From Octopus bimaculoides (Eukaryota): a stretch of DNA of 64,000 nucleotides. Within the stretch, counting starts at the first letter, position 1; the number at the start of each line of letters is the position of its first letter. The notes under the pieces were generated by a model that saw only the letters and a program-made list of their open reading frames with translations, made no database searches and was not told the origin of the DNA. Of the stretch, positions 62,696 through 64,000 are shown piece by piece. The DNA lies in assembly GCF_001194135.2 (NCBI RefSeq), contig NC_069003.1:31517191-31581190 (forward strand), in the 5' to 3' direction. The position numbers and the translations under genes were made by a program.

Positions 62696-63420
62696 AGTAG
62701 TGTTGTTGTTGTTGGTGGTGGTGGTGTTGATAGTGGTGACAGCGGTTGTAGTGATAGCAGTGCTGGTGGTGGCGTTGGAGATGGTAGTAGCGGTGTTAGT
62801 ATAGACAGTGGTGGTAGTTGGTAGTAGTGACAAAAGAAAATGTGGTATTAACATTAGCGAGAGAGAGAGAAAGTAAAAGATAGAGTGAAAGAGAAAGAGA
62901 GTAGAAAATTGAATGCGTAAGAGAGCAAAATATGTTGAGAAACCAAAGGATAGAGTAAGTTACAAAGCGAAATAGAGAGAGGGTAGAGAATAGTGTGCGT
63001 GAGAGAGAGAGAGTAAACTATACAGTGAGAGTAGAGGATAGAGTGAGTGAATGAGAAAGCGAAAGAGAGAGAAAGAGGAAAATATATATAGAGAGAGAGT
63101 AGCAGATGGAATAAGAAGGGGAGAAAGAGAGAGTAGAAGATAGAGTGAGAGAGAGAGCAATATATATATAGAGAGAGAGTAGAAGATAGAGTGAGAGAGA
63201 GCAATATATATATATAGAGAGAGAGAGTAGAAGATAAAGTGCAGAGTAAGAAAGCGTAGAAGAGAGAGAGAGAAACAGGAGTGAAAAGGGAGGGGAGAGA
63301 GAGAATGAATACTAAATGAAAAACGAACACACATACTCATGGAGGAGTGAACAACAGAATAGCAGAATAGAAAGAATAACATCAAAAATAGGAATGGATA
63401 CGGAATGGTATTGGGAAGGG
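62050..63420. repeat. Low-complexity block: (GTA)n, (GTG)n, (GTT)n, (GA)n, with a ~44-bp unit repeated about 3 times near 63085-63240
   Basis: Direct inspection. The plus strand is strongly purine/G-T biased. Confidence 0.9.
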
Positions 63421-64000
63421 AATAGATGTTAGATTCATGCTAGTTAAAGTTCTCGTTGTAATCTCGCCAACTCTCGCCCTGTTACGACGAGAGTTAAACA
63501 GAAAGAAAGAAACGGTTTACAAAAAGACAGCAGAGACTGTCGTGAGGGCCTGGTGGTTATTATTTTTATTATTCTTCCTTCTCCTGGCCATTTTACAGAA
63601 TGTTGGCCACCAATTCAACTTAACCCCTTCTTCCTCTCTCTCTCACCTTCTCTATACACAATATATTGACTACCAAACTACAGGGTATTCCTACAATATA
63701 TATACACACATATACATATATCTATATACACACATATTTCACCATATCACATCTGTGTTATTACCAAGTGCTCGATTTTACCTACACATATGAAGCCCTT
63801 ACATCGGGTCAGAAGTTTCTATTGATTTGTGAATAACATATTTACTAATTGATAACCTTAAAACAACATTATATATAAAAAAAAATTAATTAACCAAAGA
63901 TGAGTTCTACATTGGTAAGGAATGCCATCGAAACGAACTTCGACGAAAAAGGTTTGTCAATATTTCGCTATTCTCTTGCGTAATTATTTCTTCAACATAT

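Noticed and set aside
63437-63793. 118-aa ORF with a hydrophobic stretch as a second gene
   Set aside because: The hydrophobicity comes from TTA/TTC low-complexity sequence, and there are no recognisable domains or splice partners in the window.

Overview
AT-rich animal genomic DNA from a gapped draft assembly, dense in microsatellites, tRNA-derived SINEs and MITEs. The repeat families look like those of Octopus (recalled from memory, not database-checked). I found one protein-coding gene, on the minus strand: an LMTK/AATK (lemur tyrosine kinase family) orthologue. I reconstructed 10 coding exons by hand, all GT-AG and phase-consistent (CDS 18965->4741, 2511 nt, 836 aa). It has an N-terminal signal-anchor, a kinase domain whose beta-3 catalytic Lys is replaced by Gln, and an acidic tail with paired W-acidic motifs. 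A probable non-coding first exon near 51.9-52.4 kb would imply a ~33 kb first intron. The most notable non-genic signal is a dispersed ~130-bp repeat (at least 4 clear and 2 degenerate copies) whose consensus folds as a complete type I hammerhead ribozyme with a long, branched stem II. Separate minimal Penelope-type hammerhead motifs also occur. Other signals: a 3'UTR built from a 21-bp minisatellite carrying six UGCAUG motifs, several long hairpins in the pre-mRNA, a head-less SINE tandem array with a palindromic junction, and CpG decay that appears to track the gene body. Almost all other ORFs in the supplied track are microsatellite or N-gap artefacts. All alignments and folds were done by eye.
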